Shown: positions 27,035 to 40,119 of the stretch, in pieces | How positions within the stretch are numbered: the stretch's first letter is position 1 | Layout: each line of letters begins with the position of its first letter | DNA from: Camelus dromedarius | Lineage: Eukaryota | DNA: 64,000 nucleotides | NCBI RefSeq assembly: GCF_036321535.1 | Contig: NC_087436.1 | Location: 21,578,001 to 21,642,000, forward strand | Reading direction: 5' to 3' | Notes under the pieces: model-generated | Database searches by the model: none | The model's input: only the letters and a program-made list of their open reading frames with translations | What the model was told of the DNA's origin: nothing | Program-made: the position numbers and the translations under genes

Positions 27035-28000
27035 CATTTATTCATTCAGCAAATATTTGTTGATGGCATACTATGTGCCAGGCAGTGTTTTAGGGGGTTA
27101 GTAGTAATCGGTGAACAAAACATAAAACAGATTCACTCATTGAGTTGAAATTTTGATGGATGGGGGACAGAAAAATAAGGAAAATAAATGATTATTTAAT
27201 ATGTTAGGAAGTGATTAGTGCTGTGGAGAAAAATAATGCATGTGGTGGGTGAAATTTTAAAGGGGTGGTCTCATTAAGAAGAAAGCATTTGATCAAGTGA
27301 CATCACTTATATATAGAATCTTAAAAAGTGATACAAATGAACTTATCTACAAAACAGAAACAAACTCACAGACACAGAAAACAAATTTATGGTTACCAAA
27401 GGAAAAAGGAGGAGGTGGAGGGATAAATTAGGCATTTGGGATTAGCAGGTACAAACTACTGTATATAAAATAGATAAACAACAAAGTCCTACTGTATAGC
27501 ACAGGGAACTATATTCAATATCTTGTCATAACCTATAATGGAAAAGAATCTGAAAAAGAGCATATATTTGTATAAATGAATTACTTTGCTGTACACCTGA
27601 GACTAACACAACATTGTAAATCAACTATTCTTAAATTAAAAAAAAAAGAGAGAGCATGTGAGCAAAGATTTGAAAAACATAAGGAATAAACCATGTGAAA
27701 ATCTGAGGAAAGATTGTCACAGGCAGTGAGCACCTGCTTGATACAGTGTAGGAACAACCTGGAGACCAGTGAGGCTGAAGTGAAGTGAACGGAGTACAGA
27801 CAGTAAATGAGAGCAGAAAAGCAATGGAGGCCCAGATCCCACAGGTGTCTTGTCTGCTGTTATAAGGACTTTGCAATTAATTCTCAGCAAGCTATTTACT
27901 CTGTTAAAGGAGTGACATGATTTGACATGTCTAAACAGATCACTCTGGCTCTTGGTTGGGAATAAACTGAAGTGGAGCGAAAGTGTAAGTGGGGATATCA
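27035..28000 (-). mobile_element. L2 3' part interrupted by an L1 at 27300-27648
   Basis: attcattcagcaaatatttgttga...tactatgtgccaggcagtg; resumes after the L1 with gagtgacatgatttgac...gatcactctggct. Confidence 0.8.
27300..27648 (+). mobile_element. 5'-truncated cetartiodactyl-type L1 3' end
   Basis: gatacaaatgaacttatctacaaaacagaaac...actgtatagcacagggaactatattcaatatc...acattgtaaatcaactat then poly(A). Confidence 0.92.
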
Positions 28001-28101
28001 TTTGAGCATGAATGTAACCTTCTGCATAATTGGAATGTACAAGAATTCTGAATGTAGTACAAATGAAGTGGGCAAATAGGGAAGCTACGATTAAAAAAGA
28101 T

Positions 28102-28304
28102 AAGATTATACTGTGTAGCACAGGGTAGTGTGTACAAGATCTTGTGGTAGCTCACAGCAAAAAAAAAATGTGACAATGAATATATGTATGTTCATCTATA
28201 ACTGAAAAATTGTGCTCTACACTGGAATTGACGCAACATTGTAAAATGACTATAACTCAATGAAAAAACGTAAAAAAAAATAATAAATTGGCTATGCCCC
28301 CCCC
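28102..28304 (+). mobile_element. Short young camelid L1 3' end with an extra 3' segment
   Basis: Same 3' UTR as the 6423-7148 copy; TT/AAAAAA target site; TSD aaaagataa at 28095-28103 and 28305-28313. Confidence 0.9.
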
Positions 28305-29371
28305 AAAAGATAACTGAGAATTTCTTTGTGAAAAGGCTACAGTGTGTGTCTGCCTTGGTTGGTGGTGTTTGCTGAATCTATCAGCTTTTTTATGCTTATG
28401 GTGAATAAATCTGCAATTGCGAATTTATCTTTGGCCCTTAAAATTCTGTTCTTTGCAGTTCTGTCTGTACTTCAGAAGTACCTCTTGCATCAGTTATATC
28501 AGGTGGCTTATCTTGGTGAATATTTGCCCAGCTGTCTCTGAAAAGTGTTATAACTGCTCAAGGACAAAAGCTTTCCTCAAACAAATAGTAATGAACTTGG
28601 GAAGGTATTATGTTAGGGGCTCCTTCAGGAATAATGGACTAGACAACCTCAGAAGTGTAATATTTAGAAGAATATGAGTCAATAGAAATTAACTAAGTGT
28701 TTAAAATAGTAAATATTTTATGTCTAAGACAAATTGGGTTTTAAAAGTCATCAAATCTATGGCATTGTGGCAAATAATAAGGCAGTTCATTCTTTGCTAT
28801 GAGAGAATAAGGAGATTATCAAAGATTTCAGGAAAAATGAAATAGAAAAATTACTCAACAGAGTTAGCTGAATTGTAGTATATGAATAATTAAAATGATC
28901 AAACCAATAGGAACAAAAGCTTAAAGTAATTATATAGGTATTAATTTAACTGCCCACAAATTTAGTTTCAAAAATATAATTTTATTTTTCTCCAACTGGA
29001 ATTAATTTCTGTTTCATCCCATTTTGCCTAGTGGCACAAATTTAACCATTGTCACTTCAGTCAACTCAGAAATTCCTCATTCCATTCAGGATTTTCTCCT
29101 TTCTGTTCTCCCTGAGAAGGAATACATATTCTGAGGGGTCTTTCTCCGGTGCCCAACTAGAGAGGCGGGGTATCTATTCTCCAGCCATCAATTGTCCTTT
29201 TCGGTATCTGTTTTCACCTTCCAGAGGCTGATCCTCAGTTGTTGGTGTCCATCTTTATTCTAGAGCTAAGATTTGGGTCTTTTGTTCCTTGTGTACTTTG
29301 TGATTCCTCTCCTGAGGCAGTGAATGCCACTGACTTAGTATGAAGAATGTCTTGGACACACAGGTGATGGG

Positions 29372-29946
29372 GTATGGTAGCATACTTCTAAGACGGCTGG
29401 CATCACTTCCTTCCTTACCCGTGCATGCATGTTAATTCCTCATTATGTAATAGTGTGTTTCACCCTCCTCCTCCTGAATCTAGACTGGCCCAGTTGACTT
29501 GCTTGACTAATAGAATGAGGTGATAGCAACGTTCTGAAACTTCTAAAGCTAGGCCAAGGAGTCTTGCAGCATCTGCCTGGGCCTCTTGGAATGCTCACTT
29601 CTGGAACACTGCCCGGGAACCCAAAGCATCTAAGTGAAGTCCAACTACTCTGAGATGGCCATTCTGGAGAGGGTGCATGTGAGCATTCTGATGAATGGTT
29701 TTAGCTGAGCCCAGCCAGCCATCCCAGCCAAGGCACTAGGCATAACACTAAGTGATGTTGTCTCGGACCCTTCCGGTGAGCCCAGTCACAAACTGAATGC
29801 ACCAAGTCTCATCTATTGACACCATGCGGAGCATAAGACACGCTCAGCTGAGACTCTCCAAATTTGTGATCTCCAAAATCATGGGCAATAATATATTTAC
29901 ATGCTGTGTTAGGGCAGTTTGTTCATGCACCAAGATGGCCAGAACA
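29372..29946 (+). mobile_element. MaLR solo LTR (MLT1G/H-like)
   Basis: tgaatctagactggcc...gacttgcttgactaatagaatg...gcctcttggaatgctc...gctgagcccagcc...agaaca. Confidence 0.75.
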
Positions 29947-31622
29947 GGAATGGGGCAACATAGTCTCATATCTCAAATTTTTATCCCATCACCTAGTCAG
30001 TATAATCAAGGCAATAACATAGCATTGATTCCACATTATTTTGAGCATTGTGACCCCATTGTCAGGGAAGCAGTTTTTTCCCCAAAGAATGGGGTCTGCT
30101 CCGTGACTCTGCACTTTTCTCTGTCTGCTGCTTTCATGTTTCACCACCCACAGATCTTCTAGGAATTCCTTCTTCGGAAACTTCCACCAGGGTTGTGTTT
30201 TTTTGTTTGTTGTTTTGGTTTTGAGTGTATAGCCACTCTCCTTGCTTTTAACCTGCTCCCTTAATTTCTCTTGCTCTTTTAACTGTTCACTATTTTAGAT
30301 AGAGTACTTTCACTAACTCTTTTCTTCTATTTCTTTCGGCTTTGAAAATTTTCAAGTCATGGATCATCAGCATTAAAACAAGTGACCCTAAATGTGTGCT
30401 TCTGATCCTGGATTCCCTGTTCTGTTCTGTTGGTCTATTTATCCATCCTGGTGCCAAAAATCACACTTAACTAACCCTTACCTTACCTCTCTAGTCCTCT
30501 TCTGAACAGTACCTTCTTCATTGATCCTTTTATTTGGATTTTATTTGGATTGTCTTGGTGAATTTTTATTGAAAAAAGCATACATATAAAAAAGTACACC
30601 AATCTTAAGTGTGTGCTCTATGAATCTTCACAAAATGAACACATCTGTGCAACTACCCGCCAGATCAAGAAACAGAATATTCTGAAGTACCCAGAAACTC
30701 TCCTTTTGCCAGGCCTCCACTCATTATTCCAAAGTAACCTGCATTTTGACATTTCTAACCATCGATGAGTTTTGACTGTTTTGAACATTGCAAATGGATT
30801 TGTATAGTGTGTATCCTTTTGTTTGGATTCTTTCATTCAACTTTCTGTTTGTGGTATTCATGTATGTTGTATATATTTGTTTGTTCATTTTAATTATTGC
30901 ATAGTATCCTGTTGTATGAATTACCACAATTTATTCATCCATTCGATTATTAATTAATATTTGAATCGCTTACAGGTTTTGACTATTAAATATAGTCAAA
31001 TATTAATATTCAAGGATATTAGTATTCTAGTACATACGTACACATTTTTGTTCAGTATACACCCTGAAGTGGAATTGAGGAATCATAGAATATGTATATA
31101 TTCAGCTTTGGTAGATACTTTCAAACCAGTTTCAGAAGTAGTAGTAATGCCAATTTACACATCTACTGGCAGCGTGTAAGAGTTCCAGTTGTAACACATC
31201 CTGGTCACTATTTGGTTTAGTTCAGTTTTTTTTTTTTTAAACTGTTAGCTCTTCTGGTGGATTATAGTGTTTTTTATTATGATTTTCATATTCATTTTAC
31301 TGAAAGAATAATGATGTTAAACACCTGTTCATGTGTTTATGGCCCTTTGATGTCCTTTCTGTGAAGTACCTGTTTAAATTTTTTCCTATTAAAAAATTGA
31401 GTTGTCTATCTGTTTCTTATTGATTTATAGGAGTTTTATGGAATTGAGTCCTTTGAATGTATGGGTTTTGAATTTATTCTTACCCTTTACAGCTTGCCTT
31501 TTTACTCTCTTAATGGTGATTAAAGAGAGCTTTAATTTTAATGAAGTCTAATTTATCTTTTCCTTTATAGTTAGTGCTTTTATGTATTCTACTAAAGAAA
31601 TGTTTGCCGACCTCACAGTCAT

Positions 31623-32222
31623 TGTATTGGTTTTCTTTTGCTGCTGAACAACTTACTATAAACTTAGCAGCTTAAATAACATTATCTCATAGTTTCTGTG
31701 GGTCAGAAGTCTGAGCATGGCTTTGCTTTGTCCTTGCTCAGGGTCTCACAAAGTTGAAATCAAGGAATTAGCTAGGCTGTGTTTTCATTTGGAGACTCCA
31801 CTGGGAAGAGTCTACTCCTAAGATCATTCAGATTGTTGGCAGTGTCTGTAGGACTGAGGACCCTGGATTTTTGCTGGCTGGTGGCTGGCGGCCACCCTCA
31901 GGTCACAGGGCCACTTGTAGTTCCTTGAGGCCACCTGCAGTGCATCACGTGAGCTTCCTCACAAGGCTACTGACTTCATCAGGACCCCAAGGAGAGTCCT
32001 TCTTTTAAAGGTGTCACCTGATTAAGACAGATCCATATGGGATAATCCCCCTTTTGATAATAACTCTAAATTAACTTTTTTGAGGCTTTAATTAAATTGG
32101 GAAACCTTGAACTTTTGCCACATTCTATTGGTTAGAACAACTCACAGATTCCCTTCACACTCAAAGGGAATGTGAGCACCAGGGACAGGAATCATAGGGG
32201 CCACCCTAGGGTCTGTCCCACA
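31623..32222 (-). mobile_element. MaLR solo LTR (MLT1E-like) nested in L1
   Basis: tgtattggttttc...gctgctg...aaacttagcagcttaaa...tctcatagtttctgtgggtcag...ggggccaccctag...caca. Confidence 0.8.
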
Positions 32223-32828
32223 ATCTGGAAGACTTTCTTAATGTTATCTTCTAGAAATTGTATTATTTTATATTTCACAGTTAGTCTCACAATCTACTTG
32301 GAATTGGTTTTTTATATGAGGATGAGGTTAAGATTTATTTTTATTTTATGTGAATAAACAACTGACCCAGGATAATTTATTTGTCATACATCAAATGAAC
32401 ATATATGTTTTCTTATTTTTCTAGATTCTGGTTTCTGTTCATTGACCTATGTATCTCTACTGTGCCAAAACCTCACTTTTTACTACGTAGGTTTATAATA
32501 CATCTTGGTATCTGGGTAGTATAAATCCTCCAAATTTGTTCTTTATCTTAGCTATTCTTTGTTTTTTGTATTCCCATATAAATCATAGAATCAGCTTGTC
32601 AGTTTCTGCTAAAATCTCTAGTGTGATTTTTATTGGTATTTCATTAAATTTATAGATCCATCTGGAGGGAATTGATAAATTTAAAAGTTGAGTCTATCTC
32701 TGGATTGAGTCTTGGAATCTCTGTCTCTCTCCATATATATATGTATAAAACAATTTCTAACCATTTCTCTCCATATGTATATAATTTCTAACCAATGCCC
32801 TAGAGCAGGAGGCCAGCAAACTATAGCC

Positions 32829-32830
<2 letters not shown>

Positions 32831-32863
<33 letters not shown>
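32831..32863. repeat. (CA)n microsatellite
   Basis: About 16 perfect AC units. Confidence 0.97.
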
Positions 32864-32866
<3 letters not shown>

Positions 32867-33221
32867 TCTAAATATATCTTTTAAATTTTATCTTAGTACT
32901 GTTTCATAGGTTTCTGTGTAGAGTATTTCAAATCTTTCATTATGGTTATTTCTCTAGGAAGTGAACCAATATTTTTTTATGTGGTTGGAGCTTTTCATTA
33001 ATCTCAGAAGATCAAGCATTTCTGAACCAAGAGGCAAGGTTGGGAAAAGACATAAATTCCCCAATCAGAGACTTAAAATATAATTTCACTAATAAAAATT
33101 GTGAATGCTCAGAAAATGAGAGACTCCAATATTCAAATATATGAACAGACTCAATTCCAAAACCAAGTCTAACAGCAGTTACCCTGACAGCAAGAGAACT
33201 GACCTGTTTAGAATTCTATAC

Positions 33222-33449
33222 CAGGGGTTGGCAGACTTTTTTTTTGTAAAGGACTACATAGTAAATATTTTAGGCTTTATTGGCCAGAAAGGAAATTTTC
33301 TTGCAATTGCTCAAGCCTGCTTTCGTGGCTTGAAAATAATCATAGGCAATATTTAAATAAATAGGTGTGGCTCTGTTCCAATAAAATTTTACTTGCAAAA
33401 CAGATGCTAGCTGAATATGGCCCAAGGGCTATAGTTTGCTGGCCTCCTG
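33222..33449 (+). mobile_element. MER58A-like hAT-Charlie MITE
   Basis: Termini caggggttggcaga / gtttgctggcctcctg; internal gtaaatattttaggctt and gttccaataaaa; partial 8-bp TSD ttctatac/ttctaggg. Confidence 0.85.
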
Positions 33450-36356
33450 TTCTAGGGTATTGGTTAGAAATTACTGAAATCTACATGTAGCCCATTTAAT
33501 TATGGAAATGGAATGGTTAAATAGCAAGCCTCTGAGTCATTGCAACAAGGAAAGATGTTTAATGTTATTCAAGAAGTGTAAAAACATCTATGTCTCTGCC
33601 CAAAGGGGCAGTCTGGTTTCTGACCTTATAGTGTTTGCAGGCTAGTCTAAAGGGGAAAGAAATCCCAGCAAGAACTCTAGAATGCACTTATTGTACTTAA
33701 TCTGACTTGCTTGTGAGTATAAACACTATTAATCAGTATAAATCATTTGAATTATGGGAATTCTGCTACTCACTTTTTGGTGTGCAGTGTTTTAGCATAA
33801 TTACATTCAGAAGGTACAAAATTCTGAACTCAAAAGCTCTTGCTCTGAAGCTTTTAAACAGAAGGAGGGCAACCTTATTAATCATCTAAAACATTATATA
33901 TGTTTTAATTACAGACCGTGAAAGAAGATTAATAGGTATGGGGGAAGGAATCCCTAAGCCCGGATATAGCTGTGGTAAATAAACTGTGAATCCAAATATC
34001 TGGAGCACAGGTTAAGATGAACAGATAGGTTATTTTTTCCCAAGAAGTCCTAAAACTTTCTGCTGCTATTTAGGAAACACATGGTGCAGTCTATCTATGG
34101 ACTAGATTTATTTGGTTAGCTAAGGAATCAGGGGTACAATTTGTAATGTCTATTTTTGGAACTAATTATTTTAAATTTAGCAACTTCCTTGACATGTTGA
34201 TAAGCATTTTGCACAACATGAGCTGTTAATAGCTATCATAAAAAAGGGGGGTTGTAATTAAATCAATGTGGGATGCATTGGATACTGCCTCCCTCCGTTA
34301 GAGATTCACCACCTGCATGAACATATGTTAAGGGCTTCAAGGAGTCTGGAAGTTATGAAACATGTTCATGCTTAGCCTAGATTTCTTCCAAACTTTTTGG
34401 ATGATGAAGCAGTTTGTTTCTCCTACAGAACACTTATATTCTGAAGTGCCAATGTTCTAAGGATAAAAGCTTGGGAAACAACTTTTAATATTTTTAATCT
34501 GTAATTTTAATCTATAATTTATTTTAATCCATAATTTATTTTCCCATTGTTTTTTGGAACTGCTTTTCATTGTTTCTGACATTTCTAATCAAAATAGTTA
34601 CACTTATTTCTGTCATTTCATATAGACTTGTAGAATCAGCTAACTTGAAAATAACTTAGGGAGAGAAGTTTATTTTTCTCTGCATGTTGATTCCTGCTTA
34701 GTCAAAGATATTAGAGGCAAGATATATTTTTGTATTGTTATCAGCAGTTAGAATAAAACATAAAAATTTCCCACTCATAAAGACAATCTCTGTGAATAAT
34801 TTGGATTCTTCGGGAACCTTTAAAAAATGCATTTTAAAATTTGCTTTTTGACTTTTATTGCATATGTAGAAAGGCTTTTCTTTTCCCATAATTTTAAATA
34901 AAAAAACATATACTCCTTAAACATGATATACTTGTTAAACATGATGACCAGAAGTTCCGGAAGCCTAACTAAATATGCATAAGTGGCTTATTGATATTGT
35001 GTTACCATAAATACATTCAGTGACATTCATAATATGTTCAATGTGTTGTTTCTTATTAGTGCTGCATAGTTCAATGCTCTACAAATTTGCAACAAATGGG
35101 ATACATTAACATGAAATTATCCTAAATCCCTGCACATGCATCTGTGATGCATTGATTTGTATCTCTGATTTTCATTGGATAAATCTGTGCCTTTAGTGTA
35201 TCTCAGAAGACATCATCAAAGAGATTCAATTTGTGTGTGTATATATATATATATATATTTATATTACATTATTAAAAAATATATATATATATCCAAACTT
35301 TATGACTACTATGTATTTTTGTTAAAAAATCTTTACCTCTTTAACTCATTTAGGATTGAATTTTGTATATGGCAAATACTTATCTTTTCCCAAATGAATC
35401 ATCAGTTGTTCTAATACCCTTATGGAACAATTCATATGAGACTTATGTATGCCCAACTTAAGGTGGAAAATAAAAGTTTCAGAGTCATCTGCAAAGAGAT
35501 GAAAGTTGAGGATGTGAAGGTGGATGAGATCTTGGGGATGGGAGTAGATACAAGGAAGGAGAAAGCATGATACCCTGAACCTTACGACATGTGCTTGTTT
35601 AGAGAGAGAGAGAAAGAAAAAGAGTCTACCAGGAGATAGAATGACCCAGAGTGGTATCAAGGAATTTATGGATTAGGGAAGTTTCAAGGAAAGGAGACAG
35701 CAGTAGTAACCAGTGGGGAAGTAAGAGTCTGTTGTGAAATGGGTGAAACAGAACATTCAGTACATTGTTAATTCAGGTTATTAAATTCTGCACACAGCTG
35801 TAGTGTAACTGGCTTTTGGATGATTTTGCACTATCCACCATGTATTCCATTGTTTCCATCCATAGACATGGATGACTGAGTTAACTGTAGACATGGTCTG
35901 TTTCTGGGTAATAAAATGAAGTTTTCCAAACAATTTAAAGTGTCATTTTATGAAAATTTTACTTGTATGGTGCATTTAAGGAGTATTTGTAATGAAAACC
36001 CAGTGAACATACAATGATATAAATGTATATAAAAGAGCCTTTGAACTAAACAAACCATGAAATTAAAAGATGTGGTTTGCATCTGTAGTGTGTGGTGGCA
36101 TCCATTTGGTGACAATATGGAGCATACTTGGCCAAGACTCTTAGCATCCCCGTGTTTGTCTGCACCCACGGTAATGCTATCAAAGACAGTTTAAGCTTGC
36201 TTGCTAATTCTTTGTTTTTTATAAGCTAGTCATTTCTAATGCCTATTTGTGGCTCACTTTTCTCTGTTTCCCTCTTCAAAAAGAGGTGAAAAGCAGAAGT
36301 GCATCTGTCCCATTAAGTTTGGACACATTGATCAGCCTGGGGCCGTGCCATAAGGG

Positions 36357-36374
36357 TGATAATCACTATATAAA
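36357..36374 (+). promoter_or_regulatory. Candidate core promoter: GATA site next to a TATA box
   Basis: TGATAA 36357-36362 and TATATAAA 36367-36374 directly upstream of a CpG-retaining 300-bp segment. Confidence 0.35.
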
Positions 36375-37738
36375 TGCATAGCAACACAGCATCCCACTAG
36401 CCTTTTCCAGCTGCCCTGGAAAGCAGCCAGTCTGCCAATACCCAAGCCATGTGCACCGCTCTGCTTGGCTGCACCCTGGCTGAGGATGGATGGCGGCAGG
36501 ATCTGGAGCAGCTGCTCCACAGCAAGACGCAGGAAGAAACCTCCATCCAGGCAACTCACCGAGAAACCCATCGGACATGTGGACGTGACACCAGGGGAGC
36601 TGCGGTCGGTGATGAATGAAGGGTGCTGTCTGAGGGCAGACATGGCACACAGCAGTGAGATGGAGGGGGATCATTTTGATTCAAGGTATTGAGCAGCTTG
36701 TAAAGCTAGGAACGTCAGCAAACAGTGCCGGCCTCTACACTGGTGCCTGCAGTCAGAAGGCAGGGCTTGACCAGCTAAGCTCTCTGAGAGCTTAAAGCAA
36801 CTTTCAGGGTTTTTTTTTTTTTAAAGCTATATCCATAAATATGGAAAGTAACATTGCCAGTATCATTACAATCATATATGAAGGAAGATGATGCACATCC
36901 ATAAATCATACTAATGAATGCCAGCTAATGGAGATGTGCCCAACACTGTATTCCATAAAAGTCTTAAAGTCATTTTCTGTCTGCTTCTCCTGATTTATTT
37001 TTTTCACAGACTTATCTTTGCCAGATATTTTATTATATTTTTATTTCTTTATAGATCATTTCTTTCCTAGTCCCTACCAAATGGAAGTCACAGGGGCGTA
37101 GGGTCTTTGAATGGCCTTGCCTCCTGCTGCAGCCCAGCATCAAGAGAAGTCCCTGCATATTACTAAGCCTTTGACAGATACACGTGTTGAAAAAGTGTAA
37201 AAATTCAGTCTGGCATATTCTTAGTGATTTCCCATAATATTAAGGAAGCTTTAAACATCAATTTAGAGTAAAAAGTGTGCTCATTAAGTGAACAGTAATT
37301 TTCTTCAAAGTGATTCCTAAATAGCTGAGTTTTACAGTATTCAAAATGTATAAGGCCATATTCCTGATGGATTTACCAGTTAGCATTAACAATTTAGCTG
37401 GTAAGCTCATTGTTCTGTGCTCATGCCGCAGAACAACAGGTTTTGACTAAGTTTCCCTCCTCCCCTTTCCATCCCTCCCATCCTGCCCTGGAGAGGACGC
37501 TGTCACCGCACACAAACTACCTCCAGCTCACCGTCAATACCTGAATAACAGGAATCAAATGAGCTACTTCCTTTCATATATTGGGTGTGTCTGTATGTAA
37601 AAGGAGGTGGGAAGATACGAGTTTTCCTAGGTAGAAAGAAGAGAATGTTTGTACTTCCTTTAGGTGGAAATGTTTGGGCTCTTAGCTTGGAGGTGTTCAA
37701 GCAGACATAGGAGAAACCTTAGATTCCAGGTGATTCTT

Positions 37739-38165
37739 GGATCATGTGGTGGTTCTATTTTTAATTTTTTGCGGCACCGCCATACTGTTATCCGTAGTGG
37801 CTGTACCAGTTTGTATTCCCAGTCCCAGTGTTCCCTTTTTACCACATCCTCACCATCACTTGTTATTTGTGTTTTTTTGATGACAACCATTTTAACAGAT
37901 GTGAAGTAATATTTCGTGGTTTTGATTTGCTGATCATTAGTGATGTTCAGCATCTTTTCATATGCCTGTTAGCCATCAGTATGTCTGTTCAGGGAATCTT
38001 CCCATATTATAATCAGGTATATATCTGAACAAAATGAAAACATGAATTTGAAAAGATATGCACCCCATGTTTATAGTGGCATTATTTACAATAGCCAGGA
38101 TGCAGAAGCAACCTGTCTACCAACAGATGAATGGATAAAGAAGATGTGGTGTGTATATTTATATG

Positions 38166-38199
<34 letters not shown>

Positions 38200-38637
38200 G
38201 GAATATTACTCAGCCATAAAAAATGAAATTTTGCCATTTGCAACAACATGGATAGACCTGGAGGGTATTATGCTAAGTGAGAGAAGTCAGACAGAGAAAG
38301 ACAAATACAGTATTTCACTTACGTGGAACCTAAAAAATAAAACAAAGGAACAAATACAACAAAATAGAAACAGACTCACAGATACAGAGAACAAACCAGT
38401 GGTTACCCGTAGGGAAAAGAGTGGGGAAAGAGGCAAGATAGGCAAAAGGAATTAGAGGTATAAGCCCCTAGGTATAAAATAAATAAAAATAATACAAGGA
38501 TGTAATAGACAGCACAGGGGATAAAACCAATATTTTATTTACATGAAGTATAATCTATAAAAATATAAAATCCCTATGTTGTACACCTGACACTAAGATA
38601 ATATTGTAAGTCAGCTATACTTCAGTTAAAAAAGGGC
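37739..38637 (+). mobile_element. L1 with 5' inversion (antisense ~37739-37986; sense ~38015-38633)
   Basis: Minus ORF KLVQPL...KLKIEPPHDP adjoins plus ORF DEWIKKMW...MEYYSAIK; TSD tccaggtgattctt (37725-37738) / tccaggtgagtctt (38638-38651). Confidence 0.9.
38168..38196. repeat. (CA)n microsatellite inside L1
   Basis: Perfect AC run. Confidence 0.95.
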
Positions 38638-40119
38638 TCCAGGTGAGTCTTATTTTCAGGCACATTTGGAAACCATTAATGTGGAAGACGTTGAGGTCTG
38701 TTCCAGTCCTCAGATTTTGTGCTTATTCAAATAATTCTCTACTTCATCTGTGTGTAGATTCAGTCTTTAAATGATTTTGGGGAGTAGTGTTGGTTAGGAG
38801 TCATATAACTAAAATCATAGACAGTGGTTTATAAATTGGGCCATATATGCCTGGCTTAAGAACATACGAATGAATGAAGAGTCCTCATTTTATGCAAACT
38901 TCCCTGTGGAGTGACACACCCTCTGGATCACTGGACCCAGTCACATTTTTCATTTGTTTGTGGGCATGCTTGAGGGGCCTGCAGCCGTGGAGTGCAGAAG
39001 TTAAACTCAACAACTAGAAAAAAGATGACAGTCACAAAGTTTAAATAACAAAAAAGTGTGGTGCATGAAAACCAATCTTCAAACCCTATAAAACTCCCAA
39101 TGCCAATCCCTCATTTTATTTTTAACTACATCATGATTATACAAGTTGAACTCCCCTGCAAGTTGAAAAACAAATAGTCAGGACTTAGAGCAATATTTCC
39201 CAATGATGGTTCTGCTTTGAATTTTCTTTTTCTTTATTTCTTTTTTCCCTATGTATTTCAAGTGGATTAAATAAGAGAATTTTAATTAAGAAAACAATGT
39301 TCAGAGCCCGATTTGCTTCTCAGATGCTGTACTCTATGGTCCAGTAAGTACTTTAATGAGTTGTAACGCTGCAAGATGTTTCTAGTTCCTTTACATCCTT
39401 AACTCCATCAGCATATATTTATGCCAGACTTACAAAATGAATTCTATTTTTCCCAAAGTGGATAATTTTTAACAAAGAGCTTAGTGAAAGAATTCATTCC
39501 TATTCTACTTTTTTAAAGTGCCTAATTTAAGGTATAAGCTATTCTTAACCCCAAGTAGGATTGAACTAATTTTTTCCCTAGCCATCTTACATAGCTATTC
39601 ACATAGCAGAAGTCTTTGGATAATTATCTTATCTTAATTTTAGGTCTCTAGATACTGCAGAGAATAATTACAGAAATTTGGAATTTTATAATTTGAAGGA
39701 ACATTCAAGATAGTTTATTATAACAATCTCAATTTTCAAATGTGAGGAATAAGACTCGAGGACTAAATGACTTGCTCACAGCCATTTAAATCAAGGAAAG
39801 CCAGTCAATGCTAGCACCTGGGCATATAGGAGCCAGATTCTGAGTTCTTTCCAACCCATGTGTTGACTTCAAGTGCCCTCATCCTAATGAGACCTGTTGA
39901 TTCTGAATTATTCTTTCAAGCTATTCCGAAAGATGAATAGGGGTGATTTTGAAAACAAGATATTTCTGTTTATATACTATGTGCAAATAAATATACTTTA
40001 ATGTATACACACGGTATTAATATCTATCATAACACGTATATACACACAGTAATAAAATGTCTCTCCAGACACAGACTTAGATGATTTTCTTCAAGCAGTG
40101 TGTGGCTTTTGTGTTCTCT

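Larger units (their letters stand above)
30560..32980 (-). mobile_element. Old L1M (3' UTR plus ORF2 end), antisense, interrupted by an MLT1 LTR
   Basis: aaagtacaccaatcttaagtg, ccagatcaagaaacagaatatt, gagttccagttg, agaatcagcttgtcagtttc. Confidence 0.8.

Noticed and set aside
35236..35292. AT-rich self-complementary stretch
   Set aside because: Ordinary (TA)n low-complexity sequence.
39324..39343. 20-nt plus-strand micro-exon (cttctcag|...|gtaagt)
   Set aside because: Good donor but short pyrimidine tract and no other support; such pairs arise by chance in 64 kb.
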